Below, in pieces: positions 1 through 13,038 of a stretch of DNA of 64,000 nt (position 1 is its first letter; the number at the start of each line of letters is the position of its first letter). The stretch comes from Neocallimastix sp. 'constans' (Eukaryota). The notes under the pieces were generated by a model. It made no database searches. It saw nothing but the letters and a program-made list of their open reading frames with translations, and had not been told where the DNA came from. The translations under genes were made by a program, and so were the position numbers. The stretch covers positions 806,001-870,000 of the forward strand of contig JBODTK010000015.1 of NCBI GenBank assembly GCA_050613775.1, written 5' to 3'.

Positions 1-701
1 ATATCTGCTTCAAATTCTACTAAATATTCTACTAAATCTTTATTTCCACTTTTGCATGCCTTAAATAATGGTGTTTCACCATTCCATTTTTTTTTTATTT
101 ATATCTGCTCCATGTTCTACTATGTATTCCACTAATTCTTTATTTCCATTTTCACAAGCCTTAAATAATGGTGTTTCATTAAAATAATTATTTTCTTTAT
201 TATATTTGCTCCATTTTCTACTAAGTATTCTATTAAATCTTTATTTCCACTTTCACATGCCTTAAATAATGGTGTTTCACCATTCTTATAAACTATTTTA
301 TCTATAGCTACTCCATATACTATTAAATATTTTAATAAATTTGTATTCCCATTTTCGATTTTATAAATAATTTTATTGTAAAAATTATATTCTCTTTTAT
401 AATATAATATAATTTTATATTTATCTTTAGAAAGTTCATAATTTAAATTCTTTGTAAGAGTTTTATTTTTATAAAGAAAGAGTAAAAATTTAATAAATTC
501 ATTATCATAAAATTTTTAAGTATAAAAAATATTTTTTAATTCCTTTATGTTAGAATTCTTTATTAAATCTTTTATTTTAGATGAAGTTATATATAAATCA
601 TCTTCTTCATTACTTGTTAGAGTTTTTAGTCTTATAGAGGTATGTCCATTATCATTGAATTTTTTAGATTTTATATCTCTCTTCTTTTTACAGTTATTCA
701 T
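1..701 (-). pseudogene. Ankyrin-repeat gene, disrupted copy 1 (continues off the window edge)
   Basis: ATG at 701 and in-frame TAA at 516-518. Downstream ANK repeats (GETPLFKACESGNKDLIEYLVENGA, ETPLFKACENGNKELVEYIVEHGADIN) show an apparent frameshift near 190. Confidence 0.75.
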
Positions 702-807
702 ATTACTTTTATTTTATACTGCGTGTCGTAATTTTTTTTCTTTATTTAATTATTTACTTATTTATTTAATTATTTATTTATTAAATAAATAAATGCATTA
801 TTTTTTA

Positions 808-840
<33 letters not shown>

Positions 841-1219
841 GAATCCATTTATATTTATATTTTTTATAAGTTCATTAAAATAAAATGAACTATGTAAAAC
901 GGAAAATATATATAATAATATTATATATATTAAATAATTAAAATAAAAAAAAATAGAAATAAAAAATAGAACAAAAATTTAAAAAGAATATTCAATCGAT
1001 TAAAAGAGTTCTATGTCCGAGATAAAATATTCTTATATATATATATATTACTATTTCCATTTTTTATAATTAATTCATTATCATTTAATAAAAATATTAA
1101 AATATTAATAATTAATATAAAAAATTTTATATAAAAATTAGATTTAACAATCAGAAAAAAAATATTCTAACCTTTTAAATTTTATAACTCTCTAAGAACT
1201 AATTATTAAAGTAAGTCCA

Positions 1220-1268
<49 letters not shown>

Positions 1269-1499
1269 AACAAAAAATAAAATTTTAACATTCTTTTTTA
1301 TGTTTTTATGTATTTATTTTTTTTTTATTTTAATTCTTTTTTTTTTTCCTTTTTTTTTTTTTCTTTTTAATAATTTCAAAATCTATTTATTAAATAACTT
1401 AATAATGATATTTATATAAAAAAAAAATAAAAATAAAAATAAAAATAAGAAAAAAATAAAAATATAATAAGCTTATAATTTCAATAATATTCTATAGTT

Positions 1500-2311
1500 T
1501 AACTTTATTAATTTTTAAATTTCTTTTATCTTTTTTTTAATAATTGTTTATTATATAAAAATTTTTTATTTATGATTATATAATATAATGGTTTTATTTT
1601 ATATTCAATTTTTTTTATTTATATCTTTACTATATTATATTAAACATTCTACTAATCCTTTTGTACTACTTTCACAGGTTTTAAATAAAGATTAGATATT
1701 TTTTATATCTAATCTATATATACTTCATGATTTAATAAATATTTTCATATATCATGATTTCTTCCATCTGCCATATTATACTAAACATTATACTATATCT
1801 TTATTTCCAATTTCACATGCCTTAAATAATGGGGTTTCATTGTTTTTATTTTCTTTTTCCATTTTTACTCCATAGTCTAATAAATATTTAATTAAATTTT
1901 TATTGCCACTTTGACATGTATCAAATAAATGTATTTTAACATTTTTATAAACTATTTTATTTATATCCACCTCATGTTCACCTAAATATTTTAATAATAT
2001 TTTTATTCCCATTATCTATAATAAAATTATTTCTATTATATAATTATATCTATTATAAAAATTATTCTCTTTTTCTTAAACTAATACAATTTAATATTCA
2101 TCTTTAAAAATTTTATATTTTAAATTCTTGGTAGGAGTTGTATTAATAAATCGAAAGAGAGTATATAGAAAGAGAGTAAAATTTTAATAAATTCATTATC
2201 ATTAAAATTTAAATTGACAAAAATGTTTTTTAATTTATCTATATTAGAATTATTTATTAGTTCTTTTATTTCAGAAGAAGTAATATATCTCTTCTTTACA
2301 CGATTATTCAT
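1500..2311 (-). pseudogene. Ankyrin-repeat gene, degenerate tandem paralog (copy 2)
   Basis: Fragmented ORFs 2120-2311 (same MNN..KKR..ITSS.IK.LI.NSNI N-terminus as copy 1) and 1788-2012 (ETPLFKACEIGNKDIV). Upstream flanks are also paralogous (about 980-1110 vs 2710-2820). Confidence 0.7.
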
Positions 2312-2827
2312 ATTACTTTTATTTGATATTGTATTGCATTTATGTTGATATTTTTATTATAAATTCATATAATTAAAATAAACTATGTAATATATATATA
2401 TATATATATTAAAGTTCAACATAATATTTTAAACTTTTGTACATTAAAGTATTATAAATATTTATGATGTTTAATTATGTAATAATTTGTATGTAAAATA
2501 TAAAAAGAAAAAACATTTTATAAATTTAATATTTTGAGTCTTTTAAATATTTTATATTCGATTATATATTTTAATAAAATAATAAATAAAATTTGATCAA
2601 ATATTATACATTTTTAGTGTACACATTATATTTTATATTTTTATATTGACTCCTTTAACAATATATTAAATAATTAAAATAAATATAAAAAAAAAAAAAA
2701 AGAATTAAAATTTAAAAAGAATATTCAATCAATTTAAATGATTGAAATAAGATATAAATAAATCATTTTCCATTTTTATAATTAATCATTATCTTTTAAT
2801 TAAAATATAAAATCTAAATAATATTTA

Positions 2828-2879
<52 letters not shown>

Positions 2880-2949
2880 CTAACTTTTTTTTTTTTTTTT
2901 TTTTTTTTAATTCAAAATCTATTTATTAAGTAATAATTAAATAATATAT

Positions 2950-5900
2950 TTATGTAAATATAATAATAATAATATAATAATAATAATAATAATAATAAAA
3001 ATAATAATAATAATAATATGTTGGGCAATTTTCTAATACTAGATTACTTTTAACATACGTTTTTACATCAAATTTGAATCCACATTTAATTCGTCCAATC
3101 CAAAAAAATCCAAGAGAAAATTGTGAATATTTAAGTGATAGACGTTGAATAAATTTTTTAAAACCAAATTTAAATTTCTTGTATTTTGTAGATCTGATCG
3201 CAGGAGTGCTTGAATAATGAATATTTTCCCAGTAAAACTTCCTTATTTCTCCAGGAAGTTTATTATTGTGCTTGTGTACTGCTAAACTCCGTGCTTTTTT
3301 CGTCCAAGAATAGTGAGAAAGTGTAGGTATATTTTTAACTAAATGAGAAATAATACAAGAAGAATCTTTCCACTTTTTAAAGCATCGAATCATCGCCTTA
3401 GCACAAAAACTAGCTATCGGAGGTATAGAAAGTTCCTTAGACATATTGTAAATTGAAGTATTGGAGGTTTTATTTTTAAACCCGAAACTCCAGTACAAAC
3501 CTCGATTAAAAGCAGTTTGAGCTTTTTCAGTATTCTTTTTATTTGAACCAAGTAAGGGAGCATAATAAAGAACTGAGCTAAGGACAAAAGAAACTAGTAT
3601 ACGAGTTTTAAAGTAGAAAGGAACATTCCTATTGGTTAAAAATCTAAAGAAAGAGTTAACTGTATAATTAATTTTACTGTTCATCTTAGCAATAATAGGT
3701 TTTAAATCCAACGATTCATTAAAAGGTATACCAAGATATGTATATTGATTAGTGCTTGGTATATAGTTCATACCAAGTTTAAATGTAGGATTTTCATAAT
3801 GTCTTGAAGGTATAAAATTCTTTGGTTTAACAACTAGTGTAGCGCATTTATTGATTCCAAAGGTCATTTCATTTTTAATACCCCAATCATGAGCAATATT
3901 CAAAAGGTTTTTAAGTGAAGATTTTGTAGGAGCTAATAATACAATATCATCAGAAAATAATCCACCACAACACTTTTTCTTTTCAGTAATCACACCATAA
4001 CTTTTACATTTATCAAAAATATCATTGATAAATATATTGAATAAAATAGGTGAGAGAGGACACCCTTGGCGAACACCACGGTGTATTGGAAATTCTTTTG
4101 AAAGTTTACCATTAAAGATTGCACGAGCTTTCGAGGTAAGGTATAGATTAGTAATGAATTTAAGGCATTTACCACGAATACCAAGATTATTTAGTTTAGT
4201 AAGTATATTGTAAATTGGAACTGAATCATAAGCTTTTTTAAGGTCAAGAAAGGCAAGAAAGGTAAATTTATCCTTAAATTTTCTTCTTTGACAAATTTCA
4301 CAAATGGATACAAATAAACTAATACATTCTTCTTTATTTCTAAAACCAAACTGTTCTGGTCTAATTATTCCATTAGAAAAAGCATAGTCCGATATTCTTT
4401 TAGTGACAATTTTTGATAGAATTTTTAAACCTACATTGATGAGTGAAATACCACGATAATTATTACAATCTGAAAGATCCCCTTTTTTAGGAATAGAAAC
4501 AATAGAAGCAGAGTTCCATTCATTAGGAAAGTCACCATCCCAAATTTTATTAAAAAGTAATAACAGACACTTTGCACAATCGGAATAAGTAACCTCTTGA
4601 TTAGAGTCATCCTGAGAAGAATTTCTACTCTCAGAATTAAAAAATGCTTTAAAAAATTCTGTAGGTATACCATCAGGACCAGGTGCTTTGTTATTTTTCA
4701 TTGAAAGAACAGTTGAATGAATTTCTGACATGGAAATAGGTTGATTAATATCCCATGATTCCTGAGGAGTAGAAGAATTATTAAGTATTCTTTTCCAATA
4801 ATTTTCATTAAGACTGTGACCAGTTATATCAGAAGCAAGTTCTTCATAGTGTTCTGCAAAACGATTGAGTTGATCTTCTTGGGATACTAGAACATTACCT
4901 TCTTTATCTTTAATGTATACAGGTGATTGGGAAGGAGAGTAAGAAGGTTTAGAAATTTTCTTAAGTCCAGACCAACCACGCTGGGCATCATTTTTTAAGA
5001 AACATTCGCCGATGGAATGAATCAAATTTTTAAATCTAATATTCCTAATATTTCTTTTAATACTAATGATATAATCAGAAAGAACTCTATATTCTTTTGA
5101 GAGATCACAAAATTCTTGAAGATTTGACAAATCATTACTAAGTTTAAAATTTTTAATCCTTTTATAAAATAAATGTTTTTCATGTGATAATTTCTTAATA
5201 TAAGCAGGACAATGGAACGCTGAACCCTGTAAATTTGTAGGAACTCTTGCTTGAATGTCATCGCCTATTTTATTTGCTGTGTCAAGAAGTTTTTTAACCA
5301 TTGTATTAGAGTCTAGATTATCATTATGTTCAAATTCATCCAGTAAACATGTGAATTTATTATGAGAGAAGATTGCTTCACGTTTATCCCTACAAATTCG
5401 ATTAGACCACTTAATTTGTTTATCCCGAGGAGGAGTAACAAAACCATCAGGAGATATTTTTTTACAAGAAAGAATAAGTGGTAAATGGTCAGAGATGTCA
5501 TTAAAAGAGTAGCATACAGAAGCAATATTCAGATAATTTCTTAATTTATCGTTCACTACTATAAAATCAATACAAGAATTCTTTCCACCATTAGACCAAG
5601 TAAATTGATGACCAACCATATCCATAAGAAACCATTGAGGGGAAATTCTAAGAATAAGATCTTTGAGTTGTTGCTTAGTCATATTGAAATCACCAACAAT
5701 AGCCGAAGGGTTATTCTGATGGTTCTTGAGCCAATTAGCAAAATCAGTTTCCGCTTTTTCTCTAGAGTCTTTGTGTTTTTTGCTAGGGATGTAAATGTTC
5801 CCTAAAGAACATCTGACACCCCAAAAAGAGAATATATTTACTGAGAGTATATATCTATATTCAAAATCATCATTAGTGAATTGGCAGGAGGAGTGCACAC

Positions 5901-6534
5901 CTATATAAAGGCCCCTCATACCAGGGATTTTTTTGTCCGCACGTCTCAGTACTGTTCTATAATGATTAAGAAATGGATATGAGTTAGAAAAGGAGTTAAG
6001 GAATGAACTATTACCGACTTCTTGAAGACAAATACAAATAGGATTAAAGATTGAATTAAAATTGGTAAGTCCGTCACGTTTTTCAGAATTCCAACCATTT
6101 ATGTTCCAGCTAATACAGAGGTTGAAATATTTAGTATTCGAGAAAGGGTTAGCATACAGGAGGCTTTCAGAGATGGGGATTGAGGGTTCAGAATAATACC
6201 TGGTTCTATTATGATTAACATTGCTAAATGTACGTATCCTTGAAGTAATCTTCCATTTTATTCTTTTAACAGGTAAGTGCTTAGTAATCAAATAAATAAC
6301 CTTCAAATAATCAGTACAATTATTATAGTTAACTCTTAGGATGAAGTAGTTTTCCATATTAATATAGTGTTTTTTAACGATTCCATGAACAACTTCATTA
6401 CAATTTGATATCTTTTTGCTTAAAAATTCCCATAGTCTACTTTCAGTCCAAGATTCAAGATCATGAATGAAAATTAAAACAAATTTATCATGGTCAGGAC
6501 CATAAAGTCGCAGACCTCTTCGTATAGTTGACAT
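2950..6534 (-). pseudogene. APE endonuclease-reverse transcriptase ORF of A1, C-terminally truncated
   Basis: APE motifs (SWNING, LQE, VGDFN, IDF, SDH) and RT motifs (KAPGPDG, YRGISL, QFGFR, DLKKAYDSV, GVRQGCPLSP). The catalytic motif reads FSDD instead of FADD. The frame runs into poly-Tyr at CPTY, losing the zinc knuckle. Confidence 0.88.
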
Positions 6535-7086
6535 AATAAAATAAAAAACTTATCTATATTAATAAAAGGTAAGTGTAATATAAAAATAAAAAAAAAAAAA
6601 ATAAAATTAGTAAAAAATTAAAAAATTAAAAAAAAATAAAAATTTATTGCTGTTGTCTTCTCTTTCGTGTATATTGTTTGCTAAAACTTGTTTGTTATTC
6701 TTTCTTTTTGTGTTGACTAGTTTTTAATTAATGATTTTCAATTATAAATTCCTGTTTTATGTAAAAATTTCTGTAAAATAATCATATATAATATAAAATT
6801 TAAATGTAAATGAAATAATAGTTGTGAAAAACTATAAAAAGATTCCCATCCGTTAAATAATGTCTCAAACACAAGCTTTGGAGTGAATCAATCTCCTACA
6901 TTTCCATTTTACAATAGCTACATGAGAGTATAAATAATACTATAGAAAAAAACATATACAAAATAATGCTAAAGTAAAAAATACAATAGATTCATTACAA
7001 TGATAATATGTAGAAACTACATGATATTATTAATTATACAACTCCAATGTTACTACATATCCAGTTTAAGACATTATAGAACGTCA

Positions 7087-7088
<2 letters not shown>
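3017..7088 (-). mobile_element. Non-LTR retrotransposon family A, copy A1 (3'-truncated; 5' leader ends at the tail of B)
   Basis: Near-identical to A2/A3 from 3017 to 7088. The 3' end is replaced by (TAA)n. Confidence 0.93.
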
Positions 7089-7129
<41 letters not shown>

Positions 7130-7357
7130 GGCAGCAAACTTGTTTCATCTTTATTAATTAAATATTTGATAAAATACATGTAATAAAATAATAAAAAAAA
7201 GATAAAAAAATAAACAAAAAATAAAACACAAAATAAAAATAAAATAATGGTATAATATATTCTAGTTTCATTTAATTAATATTTGTAAGACTTCACAAGG
7301 GCATTATTATACTGAAGTATAATAATTAACTTTGACTTCGCAATGTTAATCATAATT

Positions 7358-10300
7358 TTAAGATACAAAATTATGATCTTCATTGGTTGCGCTAGCCCTG
7401 CTGGCCTGTCTTACTGTTTCTTCAGCATTGACGCTCTTGGTAGTAGTAGTACGATTCGATTTGAACCTATTGAACAAAGACCATTGCTGGCCAATAGCAA
7501 TAGGTATAATCGATTGGAGAAGTGCCGCAGTAACCACTAAGAACGGAGTATCAGAATAAGCACCTGATTTCATCTGGCACTTAAATAGATCCTTCCATTC
7601 CCTTGTACTGTTATTAATACTTCGACCTCCAAGAAGGAAATTAAACACTTTTTCACACACACTAGAATCAATATACACATTATTTTCAATACTGTTACTA
7701 ATATTACTGTAACTATTATTACTATTACTATTATTACTATTACTACTATTACTATTACTATTATCATTATTACTATTAACTATATCATTTGTTAGGTTGC
7801 CACGGTAAAAAGCATTATATAAAAATAAAATTTTATCATTAACTTTACTACGAATATGATTGAAAAAAGGACAATCAATTAACCAATGACTTATCCATTG
7901 TTTATTACTTTTACAACAGGGACAATAATTAGGACACATTTGATCTACTATTTTTGCAGCTTTAGCAATTCTAGCATCTAATCTATATCCGCTTCGTACT
8001 CTCAATAGCCAATAGAAACCATATGAAAGATCAGGATATTCATAACAAAGTTTAATAAATTTTGATGTTTCTTCGAATTTGTTTTTGTCATAAAACTCAG
8101 CTTTAATAGAATTGATTTTCATATCTCTTTTCCAATAAAAATCCTTGATTTTATTATCGTTATTACCTCTTTTCTCTAGTTTACGTTTAAGAGTTCTACT
8201 TTCTTTTGTCCATGTATATTTTCTAGATTTTGGAATATTATTAACTAAATAGGAAATAATACAATTTGAATTTTTCCATTTATCACAACATTTGACCTGA
8301 GACAAAGCACACTTAGCTGACAATGGAGGAATATGTAAATCTTTTGAAATAGAATATACATTAATAAATGATTTGGCTTTTTGTATACCTGCAATCCATC
8401 TTAATCCTTTATTAATTAATTTCTGAGTATTATTTGTTCTCGTTTTATTCGAACCAAGTAAAGGTGCAAAGTAAGAGACTTTACTAAGTACATAAGAGTT
8501 AATTATAATCTTCTTAAATGGAATAGGAATTTTGGAATTTGAAAGAAATTTACTAACAGAAAAGAGAGCTTTAGTTACTTTAGAGTTAAGTAATTTAATA
8601 ATAGGTTTCAACGATAAGCTTTTATCAAATGGTATACCTAAATAGGTATAACATTTAGTTATTGGAATTGGTTGACCAGCAAGATAAAAAGTAGGATCTC
8701 TTTTATTTTGAAAAAGAGGTGTGTCTGGTCGAATCACCATCGTTGCACACTTATTAATTCCAAAATTCATCATATTAAATTTAGCCCATTCATTTACCTT
8801 CTTAAGCATTTTTTTCAACTTAGTTCTTGACGGTGCGCATAGAACAATATCATCTGCAAAGAGTCCACCACAACATCTAGATTCGCCTAAAGGAATTCCA
8901 AGTTCTGAAACATCATTAAAAATGTCATTAATAAAAAGATTGAAAAGAATTGGTGATAGTGGACAACCTTGTCTAACTCCTTTCATAATATTAAAAGATT
9001 CCGAATATTGATCATCAATTTTAACACTAGCTTTGGATGTCAAATATAGATTTTTTATAAATTGATAACATTTACCTCTAATACCTAAAGCATCTAATTT
9101 ATATAAAATATTACCTATTGGAACAGAATCATATGCCTTTTTTAAATCTAGAAAAGCTAGGTAAGTTTCTTTATTATCATTTTTACGCCTTTGACAAATT
9201 TCTCGAATTGAAATAAATAAACTAACACATTCTTCTTTAGTACGAAATCCAAATTGCTCTGGCCTAATAAAATTATTTTTAAGTCCATATTCTGAAATTC
9301 TTTTGGAGACTATTTTCGAAATGAGTTTAATACCATTGTTAATCAGAGAGATACCTCGATAATTGTCACAATCAGATAGATCATCTCCTTTTTTAGGAAT
9401 AGATATAATACTTGCTTCATTCCATGAGCTAGGAAATTCTCCATTCCAAATTCTTGAGTATATCTTCTGTAAACAATTTAAACCAGAAGAAGAATTATTT
9501 ACTGAATTTTCGTCATCCGGAGGAATTAAAGCTTTATAAAATTCAATAGGAATTCCATCCGGGCCTGAAGCTTTAAAATTTGGAGTAGCCAAAATTGCTT
9601 CTCTAATTTCTTCTATACTGATGTCTTGATTTATATCCCATTCATTGTGTCTCGTATACCTAATTGTTCCATTGGAAAATTTATTATACCATTCGATTAA
9701 TGCACTATTGATATCAGAATGGCTTGAAGCAAGTTTTTTATAGTGATTGTGCCATACTTCTAACTGTTCTTTAGTAGAAGTAGCTAGTTTACCATTTTTG
9801 TCCTTTACTGGAGAATTTGACATATTTTTAAATTTATCTACTTTTGCTGTTGTTTTAAGCCATTTCCAAGCTTTCTTAGGGTTATGAGATTTCATATATT
9901 CACATCCTGTATTAATCCAATGTTGGTATTCAGTTTTCCTATAAATATTACACATATGATGAATAATTTTGCACATTCTATTATATTTATCAATTAATTC
10001 TTCAAATTCATCTAAATTATGATAAGAATCTCTTCTTTTAATGGATTTATATAATTTCATTTTGAGTTTTTGCAAATTAAATATTTTCTGCGACATATGA
10101 AAAAAAGATTTTCGAACTTCTGAAATTGACGTGATATTAAGTTCCTTAGCAATATTGAATGAAGTTGAAATAAATTTCTTTGAAATATCATCAATACTAA
10201 TATTAGGATCTGGAATCACTTCCTCTAATACACTAAAATAGTTGTTGTCAAAAATTGATTCTTTTTCATTTATACATTTTAATCTATCCCATTTAACTGT

Positions 10301-11818
10301 CTTTTTAGGCAGAGAGAAAGAATTATCTGAATTAACTGATGAAAAACATTTACCTTTTATTAATAAAGGTTTATGATCCGAAATGGGGGGAAAGTCAATA
10401 AAAGTACCATATGAAAGTAAATCTAACATATGATCATTGACAATCGCATGATCTATATCAGATTCTCTATTACCTCTACTCCATGAAATTGGGGAGCCCC
10501 ATAAGGGAAGAATTTTCCAATTACTAAATTTAGAGAGCAAATTACTTAATTTCTCAGTAGGTAAATTAAAATCACCAACCAACATTGAAGGATGAGAAGA
10601 GTGACTATTTAACCAAGACAATATTTCAATTCTAGCAGCTCTAGCATGAAGGCTATGGCCACTATGAGGTACGTACACATTACCAATAGAACATTTAGTG
10701 AAATTCCAAAAATTATAAGTATACAAGGAAATAATATACTCATAAGTGTTGTTTTCAAGAGAGGCTTGACAAGAATTATGAAACCCAATATAAAGACCTC
10801 TTTTACCGGGAATTTCATTATTAGCTTTTTTGAAGAAATGTTTGTAGTTTTTTAATGATACTCGACATGGATATTTACTGCTAGAACCTGAACCATTTCC
10901 TGTTTCCTGAAAGCATAAGAAAAGTGGTTTGTACATTGAAATAAAGAATTCAACACTGTCTTTTTTATCAAAGTTCCATCCATTAGTATTCCAACTGACA
11001 CATAGAGAAAATTCTTTAACTGTATTATTATTAATATGAGTGTTATTAATATTATTGGAATTATTATAATTGATTGAACTGAAATTTGAATTTGAATCTG
11101 AGCTTGAAACTGAATTTAAACATAAATTTGAAATTGAACTTGAACTTGTACTTGAACTTGAACTTGAACTTGAACTTGTACTTGAACTTGAACTTGAACT
11201 TGAACTTGAAATTGTACTTGAACTTGGACTTGAACTTGAACTTGAACCTGTACTTGAACTTGTACTTAAACTTGTACTTGAACTTGAACTTGAGCTTGTA
11301 CTTGAACTTGTACTTGAACTTGAACTTGAGCTTGTACTTGAACTTGAACATGAATCTGTATTTGAACTTGAATTTGAATTTTGACTTGAATCTACATTTG
11401 AATTTGAAGTAGTGAATAAGTTGATATTATAAGATGAATTCACTTTTCTTGATAAGGCAAAATGTTTCCTTTTGAGTGAAGAAAAACTGTATTTATGATT
11501 CCTTTTGCTACAATTAATAACGTTAATTGAAGCACGTTTGAAACTATTAACAATACAATCAGTAATAGATGTTAATTCTTCTTCATTACCTACTATTTTA
11601 ATTTTAAAGAATGCATCATTAAAATTAGCAATACGTTTAACTGATAAAACCTTATCATTTAATTCATTCAGAGTTTTCTTTAAATGTCTTCTCATTTTGA
11701 TTTCTGGCCAAGATCGAAGTCCGCGGATAAAGAGTAGTTTCGTATTCTCCATTGGTATACCGTGGCACCTTGAACCTCTTAGAATGAAATTCTGATTTCT
11801 TATAAATTGGATTTCCAT
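7358..11818 (-). CDS. Family B single ORF, 1486 aa: N-terminal domain, Ser-rich linker, APE, RT, C-terminal CCHC-type knuckle
   Basis: SWNTNG/FQET/VGDFN/SDH (APE); GPDG, DLKKAYDSV, QGCPLSP, LFADD (RT); CPCC...HWLIDC. Confidence 0.93.
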   Translation of the reverse strand: MEIQFIRNQNFILRGSRCHGIPMENTKLLFIRGLRSWPEIKMRRHLKKTLNELNDKVLSVKRIANFNDAFFKIKIVGNEEELTSITDCIVNSFKRASINVINCSKRNHKYSFSSLKRKHFALSRKVNSSYNINLFTTSNSNVDSSQNSNSSSNTDSCSSSSTSSSSSSSTSSSTSSSSSSSTSLSTSSSTGSSSSSSPSSSTISSSSSSSSSSTSSSSSSSSSTSSSSISNLCLNSVSSSDSNSNFSSINYNNSNNINNTHINNNTVKEFSLCVSWNTNGWNFDKKDSVEFFISMYKPLFLCFQETGNGSGSSSKYPCRVSLKNYKHFFKKANNEIPGKRGLYIGFHNSCQASLENNTYEYIISLYTYNFWNFTKCSIGNVYVPHSGHSLHARAARIEILSWLNSHSSHPSMLVGDFNLPTEKLSNLLSKFSNWKILPLWGSPISWSRGNRESDIDHAIVNDHMLDLLSYGTFIDFPPISDHKPLLIKGKCFSSVNSDNSFSLPKKTVKWDRLKCINEKESIFDNNYFSVLEEVIPDPNISIDDISKKFISTSFNIAKELNITSISEVRKSFFHMSQKIFNLQKLKMKLYKSIKRRDSYHNLDEFEELIDKYNRMCKIIHHMCNIYRKTEYQHWINTGCEYMKSHNPKKAWKWLKTTAKVDKFKNMSNSPVKDKNGKLATSTKEQLEVWHNHYKKLASSHSDINSALIEWYNKFSNGTIRYTRHNEWDINQDISIEEIREAILATPNFKASGPDGIPIEFYKALIPPDDENSVNNSSSGLNCLQKIYSRIWNGEFPSSWNEASIISIPKKGDDLSDCDNYRGISLINNGIKLISKIVSKRISEYGLKNNFIRPEQFGFRTKEECVSLFISIREICQRRKNDNKETYLAFLDLKKAYDSVPIGNILYKLDALGIRGKCYQFIKNLYLTSKASVKIDDQYSESFNIMKGVRQGCPLSPILFNLFINDIFNDVSELGIPLGESRCCGGLFADDIVLCAPSRTKLKKMLKKVNEWAKFNMMNFGINKCATMVIRPDTPLFQNKRDPTFYLAGQPIPITKCYTYLGIPFDKSLSLKPIIKLLNSKVTKALFSVSKFLSNSKIPIPFKKIIINSYVLSKVSYFAPLLGSNKTRTNNTQKLINKGLRWIAGIQKAKSFINVYSISKDLHIPPLSAKCALSQVKCCDKWKNSNCIISYLVNNIPKSRKYTWTKESRTLKRKLEKRGNNDNKIKDFYWKRDMKINSIKAEFYDKNKFEETSKFIKLCYEYPDLSYGFYWLLRVRSGYRLDARIAKAAKIVDQMCPNYCPCCKSNKQWISHWLIDCPFFNHIRSKVNDKILFLYNAFYRGNLTNDIVNSNNDNSNSNSSNSNNSNSNNSYSNISNSIENNVYIDSSVCEKVFNFLLGGRSINNSTREWKDLFKCQMKSGAYSDTPFLVVTAALLQSIIPIAIGQQWSLFNRFKSNRTTTTKSVNAEETVRQASRASATNEDHNFVS
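11080..11405. repeat. (AGTTCA/AGTACA)n hexamer repeat encoding the poly-Ser linker of the B ORF
   Basis: Plus strand reads TGAACT/TGTACT tandem hexamers. Confidence 0.9.
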
Positions 11819-12326
11819 AATAGTAATAAAAAACTAAAAATTAATAACTAAAAAAAAAAAATAAAAAAAAGTCAATTTTTATTATAAAGTCTTGAGTATA
11901 ATGAGAATTGTAATAATTTTATATCTTTTTGGAGTAAATAATTTCGATAATTAGTAGTTTGTTGAATGATTGAAAAATAATTTGATTTAGCACTTTTTTC
12001 AGTATATTATTTAAATTGAATATCATAAAGTATTTAATGACTAAGATTGAATTGATGAAATAAAATGGCACAAAATTAGTAAAGAGTTAAATAAATTACT
12101 ACAAGATTTAGAGTGAATCAATCTCTTACAACGTGATACATGAAATATATAGTTGAAATACAATTGAATACAATAGATTCTTACATGAGAATAGTAATAC
12201 TACATGAAAATAGAAATACAATGAAAATGTATTACTAATTCTTGGGTGTAACTTATTTAACAATGTTCCAAAAATGCACCATTATATTCCGCAGTGAGTG
12301 TTCACCAGAAAAATTTTACCATTGCG

Positions 12327-12329
<3 letters not shown>

Positions 12330-12376
<47 letters not shown>

Positions 12377-12894
12377 CAGGGAAGAGAATACACTTACAAA
12401 AACTTTATTAAATTTTATTTTAAAAAATACATGTAGGTGAAAAGTACATTAGAAATTAAAAATAAAAAATTAAAAAATAAAAAATAAAAAATAAAAAAGC
12501 TCGAAAATACTATGTATTTCGGCAAGTTGTACTATGCGGGAATTTTACCCTTCCTATCAAATAAAAAAGAAATAAAATTTAGAAGTAACATCCTTAAAAT
12601 AGATAGTGTGGTGTCCACTAAACTCTCCCCGGATTCATCATTTATTGAGCTACTAGGGCGAGAATCACCCTTCGTAGTAATAGATGATAATCCTGTATTT
12701 TCATTATGCCTTATCAGTACGACGTCGACGCTCTTGGTTAAGTTTGATATTTTGCAATACCTATCAAATAATAGCTCAAACGAACTACTTATGATAGGTA
12801 TTGCATTTGTTAAGAATTCCGCCAAGCCCACAATTTTTGGAACAGGTGACTCAGATGAACCTTTGAAAAGTAGTTCATTTAAATGTCTCTGTTC
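12330..12894 (-). mobile_element. 5'-truncated non-LTR retrotransposon, family C (3' ~560 bp) with 14-bp TSD
   Basis: Poly(T) to 12373. The ORF remnant LAEFLTNAIPII...KSVDVVLIR is homologous to the A C-terminus (LAEFLTNVMPIV...KSVDVVTIR). TTACCATTGCGCAT is duplicated at 12316-12329 and 12895-12908. Confidence 0.9.
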
Positions 12895-13038
12895 TTACCA
12901 TTGCGCATAATGTTATTAATTAACACAAAATATAACTTTACTACTATTTTGCACCAGTACTGTGGATCTACTTTATAAGAGTAAAGTTAATTCCCCTTGC
13001 AGGCGATTTAAATACATAAATCGAGTACACCCCTGCTC

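Noticed and set aside
11064..11412. ELELEL / NLNLNL / FKFKFK ORFs
   Set aside because: Alternative frames of the hexamer repeat inside the B ORF.
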